Counted from the stretch's first letter, positions 1 through 12,571 are shown. The stretch is 64,000 nucleotides of DNA from Sphagnum compactum (GCA_965153455.1 OZ234494.1:2914001-2978000); one strand, 5' to 3'. A program made the numbers and translations. The notes: generated from the letters alone by a model not told the origin.

Positions 1-134
1 GAGTCAGTTACATCTGGGGAAGTTACATCTGGGGAAGCTCCACAGGGAACAGGCAGTGACTGGAATCTTCGTAATGTTAAAACGTCGTAATGTCTTGTGA
101 CACACAAACACCACTGTAGCTTTTATATATAGGA
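1..134 (-). mobile_element. 5' terminus of a Helitron extending left out of the window (same family as 3740-14216)
   Basis: Minus strand reads A|TCCTATATATAAAAGCTACA. 71-134 closely matches the 5' end at 14141-14216 (cgtaatgttaaaacg...aatgtcttgtgacacaca...tgtagcttttatatatagga). Confidence 0.8.
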
Positions 135-689
135 TTAGGTCACAATGATTATAACCATTAATAAAATTTAAACGCATGTAATTATTTTTGCCATTGTTTT
201 ACGGGTTGCAAGGTTGTTGGCTTCCCAAGAATTCAACTTATTATAATTTGGCTTGTTACACTATGGCATATGCTACAACCAAGTTTGTTGTTGAATCAAT
301 TTAAAAGGAGATTTAGGTTGTCACTAAACTTCCCTCCCATCTCTTTAAAGGGCATCAAGTTCATCTCATTCCTATTGTTGTCATTGCCCATCAACATTCT
401 TGGGGAGTTGGGCATTAGATGTTTCATCTTTGGTGTCTTGTTTTTTGTTCAACAACATCCTTTCTTGTTGGAGTCTTTGGTTCATGTTGACTTAGGCATT
501 GTCCCATTCCAACAACATTTGAAAATAACATATGATCTTTTCTCCTTATGGCTTGCACTTGTTTGTTTTTATTTGAATAATTTATTTTGAAACAAATCAA
601 ACACCTTAAAAACTCCATTTTAGTATGTTTATTCTAGCACACCTAATTTGAATATTCTTTTGAAAGGGAAGTCCAATGTGCATGAAATT

Positions 690-972
690 CACACCATTTC
701 TTGTTTAAGTTCAGGCATGTGGTTCACAACTTGGCATGTTTTATTGATGTTCCACCTATTGTTAACAATCTTATCCATGCCTTACAAATTTTAGCTTTGT
801 TTGCCCCCATCTTTTAATAACATGTTTTCTTCATTGCATTTATATTCAACCCATTGATCCATTGGGTATGCATCTATTAAAATATGCCCATGTACTAAAT
901 GCATAAGGATGCATGATGCGATTCGTGATGTTTTTACATCCATTGCACATGAATTCAACTTCAACATGGTTC
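690..972 (+). mobile_element. Degenerate fragment of an RLE-type (CRE-like) non-LTR retrotransposon, zinc-knuckle region
   Basis: Frameshifted translation LGMHLLKYAH...HDAIRDVFTSIA resembles the motif at ~61830-61920 (GIHLFRCTHGG*RIASHD..DVFTSIV). Confidence 0.45.
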
Positions 973-2671
973 ATAAATGAGAAAGTCATGAGCCCTCAAA
1001 TTGGCACAATTCATAACTTGGTAATTTTTGAGACTTGCACATGGGAGTCCATGGAAAATTTTGATATAACCACTATAGGGAATTACATAATAGTAGGGAA
1101 AAGAATGATGAATTCTCCCAAATCCACACCATGATGAACTTGCAAATTTGTGGTTTATTCATGTGTATTCATGCTCAAAAATGCATTCATTGTTATTTTC
1201 TCTGAATTTGTGCACTTTTATGTGACCATGAACTCAACATGAAAAACTCATCCTAATTTTATATTGTAATTCTAACACGGCTCTCTTGTTGTAATGTGTG
1301 GAGTTAGGGAACATGCCAAAGGTTTTCAAGTATTTTGCAACGCATCAAATATCAAAAAATTGCACCAATATCTTGTGCCATGCCTTTCACATAGAGCTCC
1401 AAGCATTCCATGCAATGTCAAAAAATATTAAATAGACAAATTTATTTAATGTTGAATGTTGTTCCTATAGGCTTGTGTTAAAAACAACAGGTGAAATTAT
1501 GTATGTGTAATGTTAATAGGTTAACATTTAGAATTAGGAAGTAAAATGATATCCATAGAAATATTAATGATGTAGTAATGTAATTAAATAATTGTTGTAC
1601 AACATAAGAAGGTAATTATTATGCATTTTTTTTCAAGTAACCATGTGTAAATGAAAATTGATGGGTTAGAAAAAATCATTATGAGTACCCAAGTACATCA
1701 TGGTATTGAGGTTAATGAGAGGAATAATGTTGCACATATAGGATTATCAAGTGATATTGGGGGTACAAAACCTATTGACTTTTGACTTTGTAATGGAAAG
1801 CAAACCTAGGGCATGTTCTTTAGTTCCTGCAAAGAAAATGGGCATGGGAGCTTCTAGATGGGGCCAAGATAAATTCAATTAAGTGAAATTAAAGATAAAT
1901 CAATTTACACAAACCAAAAAAAAGAACAATTAATGCAAATCAACACCAAAATTGGACATCAATTAAATCACAAGATACATGTTCACATGAATCATCATGT
2001 TCTAGACTTGCAAGGAATCACCATTCTCCTCCCTATAATAAATTTTTTGATTGGCAACTACATTGAAGTGCCAAAAATTCTCAAAACTTTAAAAGGGGGA
2101 TCTTGAAATTTTCAATTTTGTCAAGTCATGAATCTTACAACTTTGTGGGCTCATAATTCTTACATACAAAGTTTGATTGAAAAACTTTTAAAAGAAAAGT
2201 TATAACCTTTGAAAACACCTTGTTGATGTCATATTTCACCTTTCAATAAAATGTCATTTAACCCTTATTTTTATGAGTTTTATGTTTGGGAGTCAAATTA
2301 ACAATTTGATTTTTCAATTATATTCTTTTGGCCATAACTTGTGTTTTTAAGTCATCAAAGGAGAATGCAAGTCCACTTTTGATATCTACACTTCAATAAA
2401 ATTTTCAATGATATAAAGAAAGCCCAATTTGAACAAGTTTTGATATCTAAAACCTTGTCCCAAAAATTTGAGATGCCCACAAAACTCCAATTCCCAAAAT
2501 TAGAACCCACTTCTTAGGAGTGTTGGGATTCATTTCCTTGCATTTTCCCACACTTATGGGAGTGTGTTTGAATCCCAACCCACCTTCATGGCCCACTTCA
2601 CTTATCATGCCTTTGCTTTGGTCATTAATTGGTAAGGTAATTAGTGTGTTGTGACAATGCGATTTAAATTG

Positions 2672-3020
2672 AACATATTGTGGAATTGGTTTGCACATTT
2701 GTTAGAAAGTAAAACATTTAAAGAACTTTTTAAAAAATTCAATTAAAAAAAAACAAGTTTGCAGTAACAAATTATTGTTGAGCATAGGATAGTTGCAAAT
2801 TTGATTGATCCATTGAAATATGAAAGGTAGCAACTTGAATGGTATTGGAGTGCAAAAGAATTTAAAAAACAAAAATTCAATTGATGACAAAGGTGCATCA
2901 CATGAAAGAAAAAAAGGAGGATGAAAGTAAAATTATTTTTAACAATGCCTCTAAATTTTGTGTGGGACCATTGCATTAAGATTTGAAGTCCTTTTTGGCA
3001 AGTGAGATCATTCTAGTAGA
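2672..3020. repeat. Dispersed AT-rich repeat, second copy at ~19183-19530
   Basis: Shared blocks aacatattgtggaattggtttgcacatt, atagttgcaaattt.attgatccattgaaata.gaaaggta.caacttgaatgg and ttgatgacaaaggtgcat. Confidence 0.8.
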
Positions 3021-4930
3021 AAAATGCAAAATAATTGGAGTGATTGTAAATCATTAATGAACTACTAAAATTTCACAAACAATGCAATTATGAACTCCGA
3101 GATGAACTATATGAAGACTGCTGAAGAATCTTCAACGAAGGATTTTGGAATTAAGCAAAGAGAAATAAATGTTGTCCATCACATAATTCAAGGATGTAAA
3201 AGCTAAACATATTTAACAGAAAGAAAGGGTACCAAAATGACTAATTACAAAGTTAATCTTGTTAAAGAACATAAGTTATAATTACAAATGGATGTGGAAA
3301 AATGCAAGGTGATTGTTCTAGAGCATCTCATACAAATTGTGAACAACAAACAATTGAAAATTGAAAAGAAGTTATTTTGTTTAATCAATTGGGAAAAAAA
3401 AAATTAACACCCACAAATAACAAAACTTCAACAAATTGAAAATGCAAACCTTCCATATGCTTTCCCTTTGTAATATTGTTAGATTATTTCATGTGCATAA
3501 AAGACACAGCTATGCAAAACATTACAACAAGTACAACATGGTATGATCAAAAGCCCAACCTCCATAATACCAGTTATATGTGATTTCATGTGTGGTTTGC
3601 AATATATATTATAACCATTAATGACTATTTTAGAAATAATAAAAACAATATCCTTCTGAAAAAGGAATAATAATCTAGCACACATATAAAGGACATAGGA
3701 CACATACGGATTGACCTTCCTCTTTTCTAATTAGAAAGACTAGTGGGTAACCCGTGGCTACGCCACTCCAGCCACCCCTAGGGTTTGGGGCTTTTTAAGT
3801 TTTTTTAAAATAAGATTTAATATTAAGTTCTGATTTTCTTTTTTTCTTTTAATCTTTATTTAGGGTTTAAGATTTGGGGCTTTTAGGGTATATTTTTAAA
3901 CTAAGGTCTCATTTTCTTTTTATCTTTTAATTCTGAATTAATATATATGTTGATTGGTTTGTTCATTATTCCAGCAATTCTTCCATCAGTTTCATAGCAA
4001 GTGTATTTGTTCTGATCCTACTGAATGATTTGACCATTTTTTTGAGCATGATTTTAACACATTTGATTCTCTAGGACTCATCAATGAAATTTGCTGGTGT
4101 TTGTTCATTGCTCATTTGCCCAGTTACATTGTCATGAAGGTCAAGACAATTGTCTAATACTTTGTGAGTGGACCCACATAAGGTTATGACCACACCTCAC
4201 AGACAGACAGATAGACTAAGTATAGGTACTACCACCATTGATTCCACTACCAATTGGGACATCAATAGTTTCTCCTCGGTTAAGCTTTGTAATCGAATCT
4301 ATCATGAGCTTACTCTCTGCAACCCAGTCAATACGATCTACTCTAACCACTGTCAATTTCAACCGCTGCTCATCATTGTACATCTCTTCTTTCACTTTCA
4401 GCTTAAAGAGGTGCTCCGTGAATGTCAGCTTCTGTATTGCTTCAATGAATTTTTGGTTATCAGTTTGGCTCCATAAGAAAAGTTCTTTTGCTGGGTGTTG
4501 CATAATCTCCTTGCCAACCTCCTGGAAGGCTGTAACCCATGTTGGACCCGTATGATCTTGCACTTGGATGTTAAGCAAATACCTGCAGCCAATTGATCAA
4601 GTTCTGAATAGGAACCCAAAGAGGCACTGCAAGATTTGACAAACTCTCAATGACATCCTCCACTGTCATATTATGGGAAGAACATGCAATTCCACATACC
4701 CTGCCCCTACAGTGGTGTTCTACTAATTATGGTTAAACAAAGGCTCCCCTCCATACAATAGACCACCAGGGTTATAACCAAGACAATGTCTCTTGAATAA
4801 TTAGGAACTGAAAGACTGACCTGTAATCACATTCCGGTACAGTGCGATCACATCTATCACACCGCCATGTACCGCCATTGTTGGTCACTTTCTTGTTGCA
4901 TTGCTTACCACCATTGTCAAGTGGGCAGGC

Positions 4931-5160
4931 TGTCATGGCCTAGGATATTTTTGGATACTTTTGGCAATGTCATGTCCTAGGATATTTTTGGATACTTTTG
5001 GCAATATCATGGCTTAGGATATTTTGGGATTAGTATGGCTCAGGGTTATAAAAGGAGATAGTCTGGGGAACAACCCTTCAGCAAATCAACACCAGTTGAT
5101 GGGTCAATAAAGCTTGTCTTGTCTTGTAATTCTCCACTTGTTTGTAGTCGGTCCATAACA
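4931..5160 (+). repeat. 5' LTR (230 bp)
   Basis: tgtcatggcc...ccataaca. Two full ~37-bp internal units plus a partial one. TATAAAA at 5047-5053 and a downstream AATAAA. Confidence 0.97.
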
Positions 5161-5162
5161 GT

Positions 5163-5172
5163 TTGATATGCT
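5163..5172 (+). promoter_or_regulatory. Putative self-priming primer-binding site
   Basis: TTGATATGCT directly after the 5' LTR is complementary (9/10) to AGCAAATCAA (5080-5089) and AGCAGATCAA (10866-10875), 33 nt after the LTR TATA box. No tRNA-type TGG start. Confidence 0.7.
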
Positions 5173-5336
5173 CCTTCTTCTTGTTTGTTTGTTTTGTTGT
5201 TTCAGTAAGTAGCTAGAAGTATCTTGGAGTGAAACTTGGAAAGGTTATAGAAGACTATAGGACGCTTCTACTCTCAAAGTTTCAAAAGAAAAGGATATGT
5301 TTTGTGAGAGTTAAGAGCTTTTGAAAACTCTGTGCC

Positions 5337-5954
5337 AGATCTGGGTTTTTGGTCATATCTCCTTTGTTTAAGCTTTTTTGGGTCTGTAACTTTGTGATCT
5401 TATAGATCAAATAGGAATATATGTGTGAGAGAAATTTCATGTCATTCGGACTTGTATTGAGAGAGATCCAAGCATCTGAAGTTTCAAGTGCAGATCTGGT
5501 TTTTTTGTCATATCTCCTTTGTTTAAGTTTTTTTGGGTTTGTAACTTTGTGATCTTATAGATCATATAAGAATATATGTGTGAGAGAAATTTCATGTCAT
5601 TCAGACTTGTATTGAGAGAGATCCAAGCATCTGAAGTTTCAAATGCAGATCTGGTTTTTTGGTCATATCTCCTTTGTTTAAGTTTTTTTGGGTCTGTAAC
5701 TTTGTGATCTTATAGATCATATAAGAATATATGTGTGAGAGAAATTTCATGTCATTCGGACTTGTATTGAGAGAGATCCAAGCATCTGAAGTTTCAAGTG
5801 CAGATCTGATTTTTTGGTCATATCTCCTTTGTTTAAGCTTTTTTGGGTTTGTAACTTTGTGATCTTATAGATCATATAGGAATATATGTGTGAGAGAAAT
5901 TTCATGTCATTTGGACTTGTATTGAGAGAGATCCAAGCATCTGAAATTTCAAGT
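5337..5954. repeat. Tandem array of 4 x 155-bp units in the retrotransposon leader
   Basis: agatctg(g/a) starts at 5337, 5492, 5647 and 5802; units nearly identical. Confidence 0.95.
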
Positions 5955-5992
5955 TTGAAGATTGAAAGCGCAAAAGTGTGAGAACTACCACC

Positions 5993-6967
5993 ATGGACAA
6001 TTCAGAATCAAACATCGATCTCACTCAAATCCTCGCCGCCCTTCAGCACCTTCAACAAGAAAATGCCGTGCTTAGAGACTCGGTGACCCGCCTACAGAAT
6101 CAGCCACCACCTCCTGCCCCAGTACTTCTTGTTCTTGCAATGGCCGCCCAAGAGCCCAAGATCAGTCTGCCAGAAAAGTTTGATGGAACGCGCCTCAAAT
6201 TTCGAGGCTTTGTCAGCCAAGTACGCCTGATCATGCAACTACACCCCCGTCGTTATTTTGATGACACCATTCGTGTAGGATTCGTAAGAACCCTATTCAC
6301 TGGGACAGCTGCAGCATGGTTTGCTCCCATCCTGGAAACATCATCCCCTCTCCTACAAGATTTCAACGCCTTTATGGCGGAATTTGAAGCAGTATTTGGG
6401 GACAGTGACAAGGCCAAGACTTCAGCCAACAAGCTGCGCCGCCTCCAACAAGGGACACGTTCGGCCATCGTCTACGCCTCAGAATTCAGGCAACTTGCCT
6501 GCGACGTCAATTGGGGAGAAGCTGCCTTGATTGATCAGTTTCGCTGTGGGCTTCGTGATGATGTTCAAGATCTTTTGTTGACACTCGCCGACCCTTCTTC
6601 CTTCAGTGAAGCCATCACCTAGGCAATTCGGTGCGATAATCGTCTGTTCGAACGTCGCTAGGAAAAGAAAGTCACCTCCAACGCCCAGCTTTGGAACAGT
6701 CAGCCTACTACGCTCCCCTTAGTTCCCCAAACAACACCAGTTGCCCGACCTGCCTCTTTTGGACCTGCTCCGATGTAGATCGACACAGCTAAGTTTAAAT
6801 CTTTGACAGAAGCTAAGAAACTTCGCCGAAGGACAAACAATCTATGTCTTTACTGTGGCAACCCAGGGCATATAGCTCGTCAGTGCCCTCAAAAGCTTGT
6901 CAAACTTCAAGTACAAGCTGTGAAAACTCCCCAGGAGTTGGAAAACAAGAACATCCAGTCACAGTAG
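5993..6967 (+). pseudogene. gag: gag (capsid + CCHC zinc knuckle) with three premature TAG stops
   Basis: EPKISLPEKFDGTR, RLQQGTRSAIVYASEF, CLYCGNPGHIARQC. Stops at 6620, 6659 and 6776; natural stop at 6965-6967. Confidence 0.92.
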
Positions 6968-9900
6968 GTGCCGTGCGACTGGATCTCACCCAACACCACC
7001 TTTGCAAAGGCTCTTGTTCCGCTGTTGGTCCCAGTCCTAGTTTCACTCAGTATGTGGACATCATTCGTATTCTAGAAGACATACCACAAGTGTCAGTTTT
7101 GGTGGACTCCGACGTCACCTCTTCTTTCATCGACCAAACATTTGTCGTCCAACACAACATCCCTGTGGTCAAGAAGTCAACCCCTGTTCCGGTAGAGGTT
7201 ATTGATGGGGGAACCATTGCTTCTGGTGCAATCACACACGAGACAACCCCTCTACAACTCTGTATCGGCAAGCACACGAAGAAGATTGTTCTCAACATCA
7301 TTTCCACCCCTCCCCATCCCATCATCCTTGGTCTGCCTTGGCTAGAAGCACACAACCCTATCATTGATTGGCGATCTAGAACCCTCACCGTCAGCGCACA
7401 ACGGTGCACCTTTCAAGAACCCCACGCTCAGAAAAACACTTTGTCCAGTCCTGCCAAGAACCCTGTGGTCGGAACCAATTCCAGTTTTATCAAGTCTGTT
7501 ATGTCAAATCCTGCAATCAAGAACCCCCGGTTGGTCAGAACTAAACCTTGTCTTGTCAAGAATCTTGTCAAGAATCCTGCCCAGAAAACCAACCCTGTCC
7601 AGATCTTCGTTGATAGAGCTGTCCCTTTCTATCAGGCTGCTAAGAATCTTCAAGCCTTCGCCATCCATGTCAACCCAGCCAACACCACAAACCCCCAATT
7701 AGAACCAACACCTGTCAAACTTCCCGAGAAGTACAAGGACTTTGTTGATGTTTTTGAAAAGATTAATGTTGATCAGCTCCCCGCCCATAGTCCATATGAC
7801 TGCCCGATTGATCTAGAAGAAGGACACTCACCACCCTTTGATCCTATCTATGGCCTATCGGAACCGAAACTCCAAGCCCTGCGTGATTACCTTACTGAAA
7901 ATCTTGCCAAGGGGTTCATTCAGCATTCCAAGTCTCCAGCCGGCGCCCCAATTTTGTTTGTCAAGAAGAAGGATGGCTCCCTTCGACTCTGTGTGGATTA
8001 TCGTGGACTCAACAAGATAACCAAAAAGAATCGATATCCCTTGCCCTTGATTTCAGGTCTCCTAGATCGACTACGTACCGGGAAGATCTTCACCAAGCTT
8101 GACCTCCGTGGAGCCTACAACTTACTTAGGATTCACCCCGGTGATGAATGGAAGACAGCTTTCCGCACACGCTACGGCCACTTCGAATACACGGTCATGC
8201 CCTTCGGCCTCACCAATGCACCCGCAGTCTTTCAGCATCTGATGAATGATATCTTCCGGGATTACATGGACGAATTTGTCGTGGTCTATTTGGATGACAT
8301 TTTAATCTTTTCCAAGGACCAGGAAACCCACGACAAACATGTACGATTGGTGCTTGCGACGCTCCGGGAGCATGGCTTATACACCAAGTTGGAAAAATGT
8401 GAATTCGACAAATCTTCAGTGGCGTTCCTCGGCTACGTGATCTCTCCAGATGGCATTTTCATGGACAAGTCAAAGGTCGAGACCATCCAGTGTTGGGCTA
8501 TTCCATCCTCGGTCAAGGACGTTCAACGCTTCCTAGGGTTTGCCAACTTCTATCGTCGGTTTATCAAAGGCTACTCCAAGATCACAACACCGTTAATAAC
8601 CCTGACTTGCAAAGACAAGCCCTTCTCGTGGAATCCAACGGCCCAGGCTGCTTTTGATACTCTTAAGATGGCATTCACCTCTGCACCCATCCTGATACAT
8701 CCCGATCCTGCCAAGCCATTCATTGTGGAAACGGACGCTTCAGATTTTGCCTTGGGAGCTATTCTATCTCAATTTCGAATAGATGGGTTGTTGCATCCAG
8801 TTGCTTTCTATTCACGGAAGTTAACCAGTGCCAAAATCAACTACCAGGTCTACGATAAGGAACTCCTGGCAATCATCATGGCATTCGAGCAGTGGAGACC
8901 GTATCTTGTCGGAGCTCAACATCGAGTCCAAGTTTTGACAGAGCACAAGAATCTCCTTTATTTCACAACTACTCGAACCTTAAATCGTCGTTAGGCACGC
9001 TGGTCTATCTTCCTAGCTGATTTTGACTTTGAGATTCAGCATCAACCCGGCACCCAGCAAGGGAAAGCTGACGCGCTATCTCGTCGTTCAGAATATGAAC
9101 TTCGAGCGGGGGATGAGGCCTACGGCCAGCAGAACCAGACTTTACTCAACCCCGAGCAATTTCGAGTTGCAGCAACAATCAGCATCCTCCCAGACTCATA
9201 CCTTGTCAGGGACATCAAGATGGCAACTGAGGAAGACACCTGGGCTACCAACATCAAGAAGGAACTCCAGGAACGACCAAGGAACCCAAATCGTGATGAC
9301 TTGGATTAGTTTGAGCAGCAAGACGGACTTCTCCTTCGAAATAACCTGATTTATGTACCCGAAGGACCTATACGCCTAAAAATCCTGAGAGAATGCCACG
9401 ACAACACCCTGGCGGGTCACTTTGGAATGGCACGGACTCACGAACTAGTGTCAAGGACTTACTGGTGGCCCAAAATGAACAAGATGCTACGGGAGTATGT
9501 CAAGTCTTGTGATACATGTGTTCGATCCAAGGCTCCTAGGCATCGCCCGTTTGGACTCCTACAGCCTCTGTCGATTCCTAGCCGACCTTGGGGATCTATT
9601 GCAATGGACTTCATCACGGACCTCCCTACTATCAGAACCAAGAATTCAATACTGGTTGTGGTCGATCGACTCACCAAAATGGCCCATTTCACCCCTTGTT
9701 CCAAGTCAATCACGGCAGAAGAGACAGCTCAGTTAATTCTGGAGGGGATCGTCCGACTGCATGGACTCCCCGAGGAAATTGTGTCCGACAGAGGTCCTCA
9801 GTTTGCATCCAAGTTCTGGCATCGTCTATTCGAGCTTCTTGGAGTTGACATTCGGCTATCTTTAGCTTTCCACCCTGAGACAGATGGACAAACCGAACGG

Positions 9901-10680
9901 ATAAACCAGACACTCGAGCAATACCTTCGCTGCACTGTGAACTACCAACAGGACGATTGGCTAGACCTACTATCTCAAGCAGAGTTTGCTTATAATAACA
10001 CAACACATGCATCGACCGGGATCAGTCCATTCTTTGCCAATTACGGTTTTCATCCCAGGTTCAGCCTTGAAATTCCTGGAGACTCCGTAAACCCCTCGGC
10101 TGAAGAAAGGGCCACGAGGCTTGGACAGGTTCAATAGAACCTTATGGCAAAACTCAAGCTAACACAGGAGTGGCAAAAGAAGCAAGCAGACCGCCGACGC
10201 AAGGACCATCCAAACTTCAAGGTTGGAGACAAGGTCTGGCTTCTCAGAAAAAACATTGCTACCACTCGCCCATGTGCCAAGTTGGATTACAAGCGCCTCG
10301 GACCTTTCAAAATCGCCAAATTGGTTGGTCTAGTGGTTTGCCAGTTGGAGCTTCCACCCCAATTCAAGATCCACAATGTTTTCCATGTCTCCCTGCTTGA
10401 GCCCTATCATAAAAACCCGATCCCAGAACGTCATCAAGAACCCCCAGCTCCAGTCGAAATTGAAGGCCAAGAAGAGTTTGAAGTTTAAGAGGTCTTGGAC
10501 TCCAAGAAGATTCGTGGAAAGCTCCTGTACCTTGTCCTTTGGCGAGGTTATCCTCCTTCTGAAGCTACTTGGGAGCCTGCTGGAAACCTAGTTCATGCCC
10601 AAGACTTAGTTAATCGGTTTCACCAACGATATCCTAACAAACCGGCTCCATCTAGAAGATGTCGCTTGAGGAGAGCATAA
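6940..10680 (+). pseudogene. pol: pol (protease, RT, RNase H, integrase, chromodomain) in the -1 frame relative to gag; four premature stops
   Basis: VLVDSD (degenerate PR), LRLCVDYRGLN, YLDD, TDASDFALG, HDNTLAGH..CDTC, IVSDRGPQF, GPF, YLVLWRGYPPSEATWEP. In-frame stops at 8992, 9307, 10135 and 10486. Confidence 0.95.
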
Positions 10681-10946
10681 TGTCATGGCCTAGGATTTTT
10701 GGGATACTTTTGGCAATGTCATGTCTTAGGATATTTTGGGATACTTTTGGCAATATCATGGCCTAGGATATTTTGGGATACTTTTAGCAATATCATGGCC
10801 TAGGATATTTTGGGATTAGTATGGCTCAGGGTTATAAAAGGAGATAATCTAGGGAACAACCCTTCAGCAGATCAACACCAGTTGATGGGTCAATAAAGCT
10901 TGTCTTGTCTTGTAATTCTCCACTTGTTTGTAGTCGGTCCATAACA
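10681..10946 (+). repeat. 3' LTR (266 bp), preceded by PPT gaggagag (10668-10675)
   Basis: Matches the 5' LTR with one extra ~37-bp internal unit. Confidence 0.97.
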
Positions 10947-12571
10947 TAGGCAGTGTAGCAGAAATTGTGGGGCTTGATATATAAGACCCTAGCTCTTACA
11001 GTTATCCAGTCAGGCTTATCACCTCTGCCTAGTCCTTCATCTTTGATTGCAGAGACAATTTTGCGGAGCTTAGTTCGCATGCCAGTACCACCTTCCCTGG
11101 AAATTGACTGGGAAACTGAATGCCGTCCCTCCCCATCAAACCAATCCCGAAGCTGATGTGCTACCGGTATATCAGGATCTATAAGGAGCTGTGTTGAAGA
11201 TATTGTTCCAACTGATTTGCCACTGAAATCATTGACCCTACCTGCCTTCACAGCCAGTACAGGGTTCAGGCCAGAGTCACAGAGATCTTGTATCTGCTGC
11301 CCCTCTTTATGACAAAAACTGCCCCACATTGTGATTTCCACACTGTGGCCAGATCTATCCTTTATCTGCAAAGTTCTCTTGTGTGTCTCAATGCCATTCT
11401 TGCGCATAATGGTACTTGAGAAATTGATTGACACAACAATTCCAATGACATCCACCATTGCATTATTTTCCATATTTTCAACATCACCAATAGGCCTGAA
11501 GTGAAACTGCTGCTAAGGGATTGATCCATCTCCCTCAAAGCAAGGCTCCACTGTTGATGATGACTCCATAAATATTTCCCAATCATTTTTTAAATGATCA
11601 AAATTCTTGTTTGTTGCCTTTAGAGAACCCTTTGTAATGAAATACACCATGCCCACATCAATTTTATCATAGAACTGATCCACAACATTGTTGAAGTAAG
11701 TAGCTCGAATCTCTCCATTATCTGCATCCAAAAGGTCAAAGGAGAAAACCTTGCCATCTCCCCTGGCGTTGTGGAAACGGCGGACATCACTCTTGGCAGT
11801 CACTCTTGCTTTGATAGTCCACCGACCCTGGTATGGATTCAAGGCGGCAATTGGGACAATTCTGGCAGGTGCTTCATTCTTGGCAATGGGTCCTCTATTT
11901 GAATAAACAGGGGCAGGTTGGTAGGGAGGAGCAACACTGGGTCTTCCATATGTATTTTGTTGCTGAACTTGCTGATTATTAACCCCACCTACTCCACCCA
12001 TAGCTGGCCTCTGGAAGTCACCAGAGTCAGTCTGAGGCACAGCACTCCCTCCTCCATGTCCATCAGAGTAACTTCCATTATTGGATTGACCTATACCTCC
12101 TTTAATATTCATGTCCTGTATGTTTTTTGTGATAAACCAAGATAGGACATCTGATTGATACCCTTTGTTTCTTGTATGTTTTTGTGATCAAATTATGTTT
12201 TCATTGATCTTGATAAACCAAGATAGCTTGAAAAAAAGAAAGTCATAAGTTAAAATTTCCTTCCCTTCTCCCTCCCTTCATAGAGAACATACCAGGAAAT
12301 CTTGATGTCGCAGCTTCATACAATTTCAACAGCTTCATGTTATCATACAATTGTTGCAAGAAATGCATTATTTTGTCAGGGAGAGAAGCTTGAGACAGCA
12401 AGTGTCTAGGTTGAGCATTCAGGTCAATCATGCCTGATACAGGCTGGTTGTTCTCGAGCAAACCCACTCAAATGGACTAAACATTGAAACCTGCCATCCT
12501 TTGGTGATACATCCCACTACTGTCATTGCATGCATAAGGTTTACTTTGGCATGCTGAGTTTCCTGCATGAC

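Larger units (their letters stand above)
4931..10946 (+). mobile_element. Full-length Ty3/gypsy chromovirus LTR retrotransposon (Tcn1/Tf1-sushi-like), inactivated by nonsense mutations
   Basis: TG...CA LTRs at 4931-5160 and 10681-10946. 5-bp TSD caggc (4926-4930) / taggc (10947-10951). Domain order gag-PR-RT-RH-IN-chromodomain. PPT before the 3' LTR. Confidence 0.97.
4216..12112 (-). pseudogene. RPA1: Replication protein A 70-kDa subunit (RPA1) fragment with DBD-A, DBD-B, DBD-C and Zn ribbon; lacks N-terminal DBD-F; disrupted
   Basis: IVPIAALNPYQGRWTIKARVTAKS, GKVFSFDLLD, KPDWITV, FCYTA|CPLDNGGKQCNKKV..WRCDRCD, YLLNIQVQDHTGPTWVTAFQE. Coding pieces 12112-10947, 4930-4821 and 4582-4216. GT-AG intron 4583-4820. 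In-frame TAG at 11513-11515. Split by the LTR element at the YTA/CP codons. Confidence 0.93.

Noticed and set aside
976-2656. Highly decayed LTR-like repeat pieces (976-1380, 2290-2656)
   Set aside because: Only a vague resemblance; no paired LTRs, TSD or coding domains can be demonstrated from this window.
10832-10946. ORF 10832-11473 appears to give RPA a novel C-terminus (YVMDRLQTSG...)
   Set aside because: It is read-through into the antisense 3' LTR; the true continuation is at 4925 and below.
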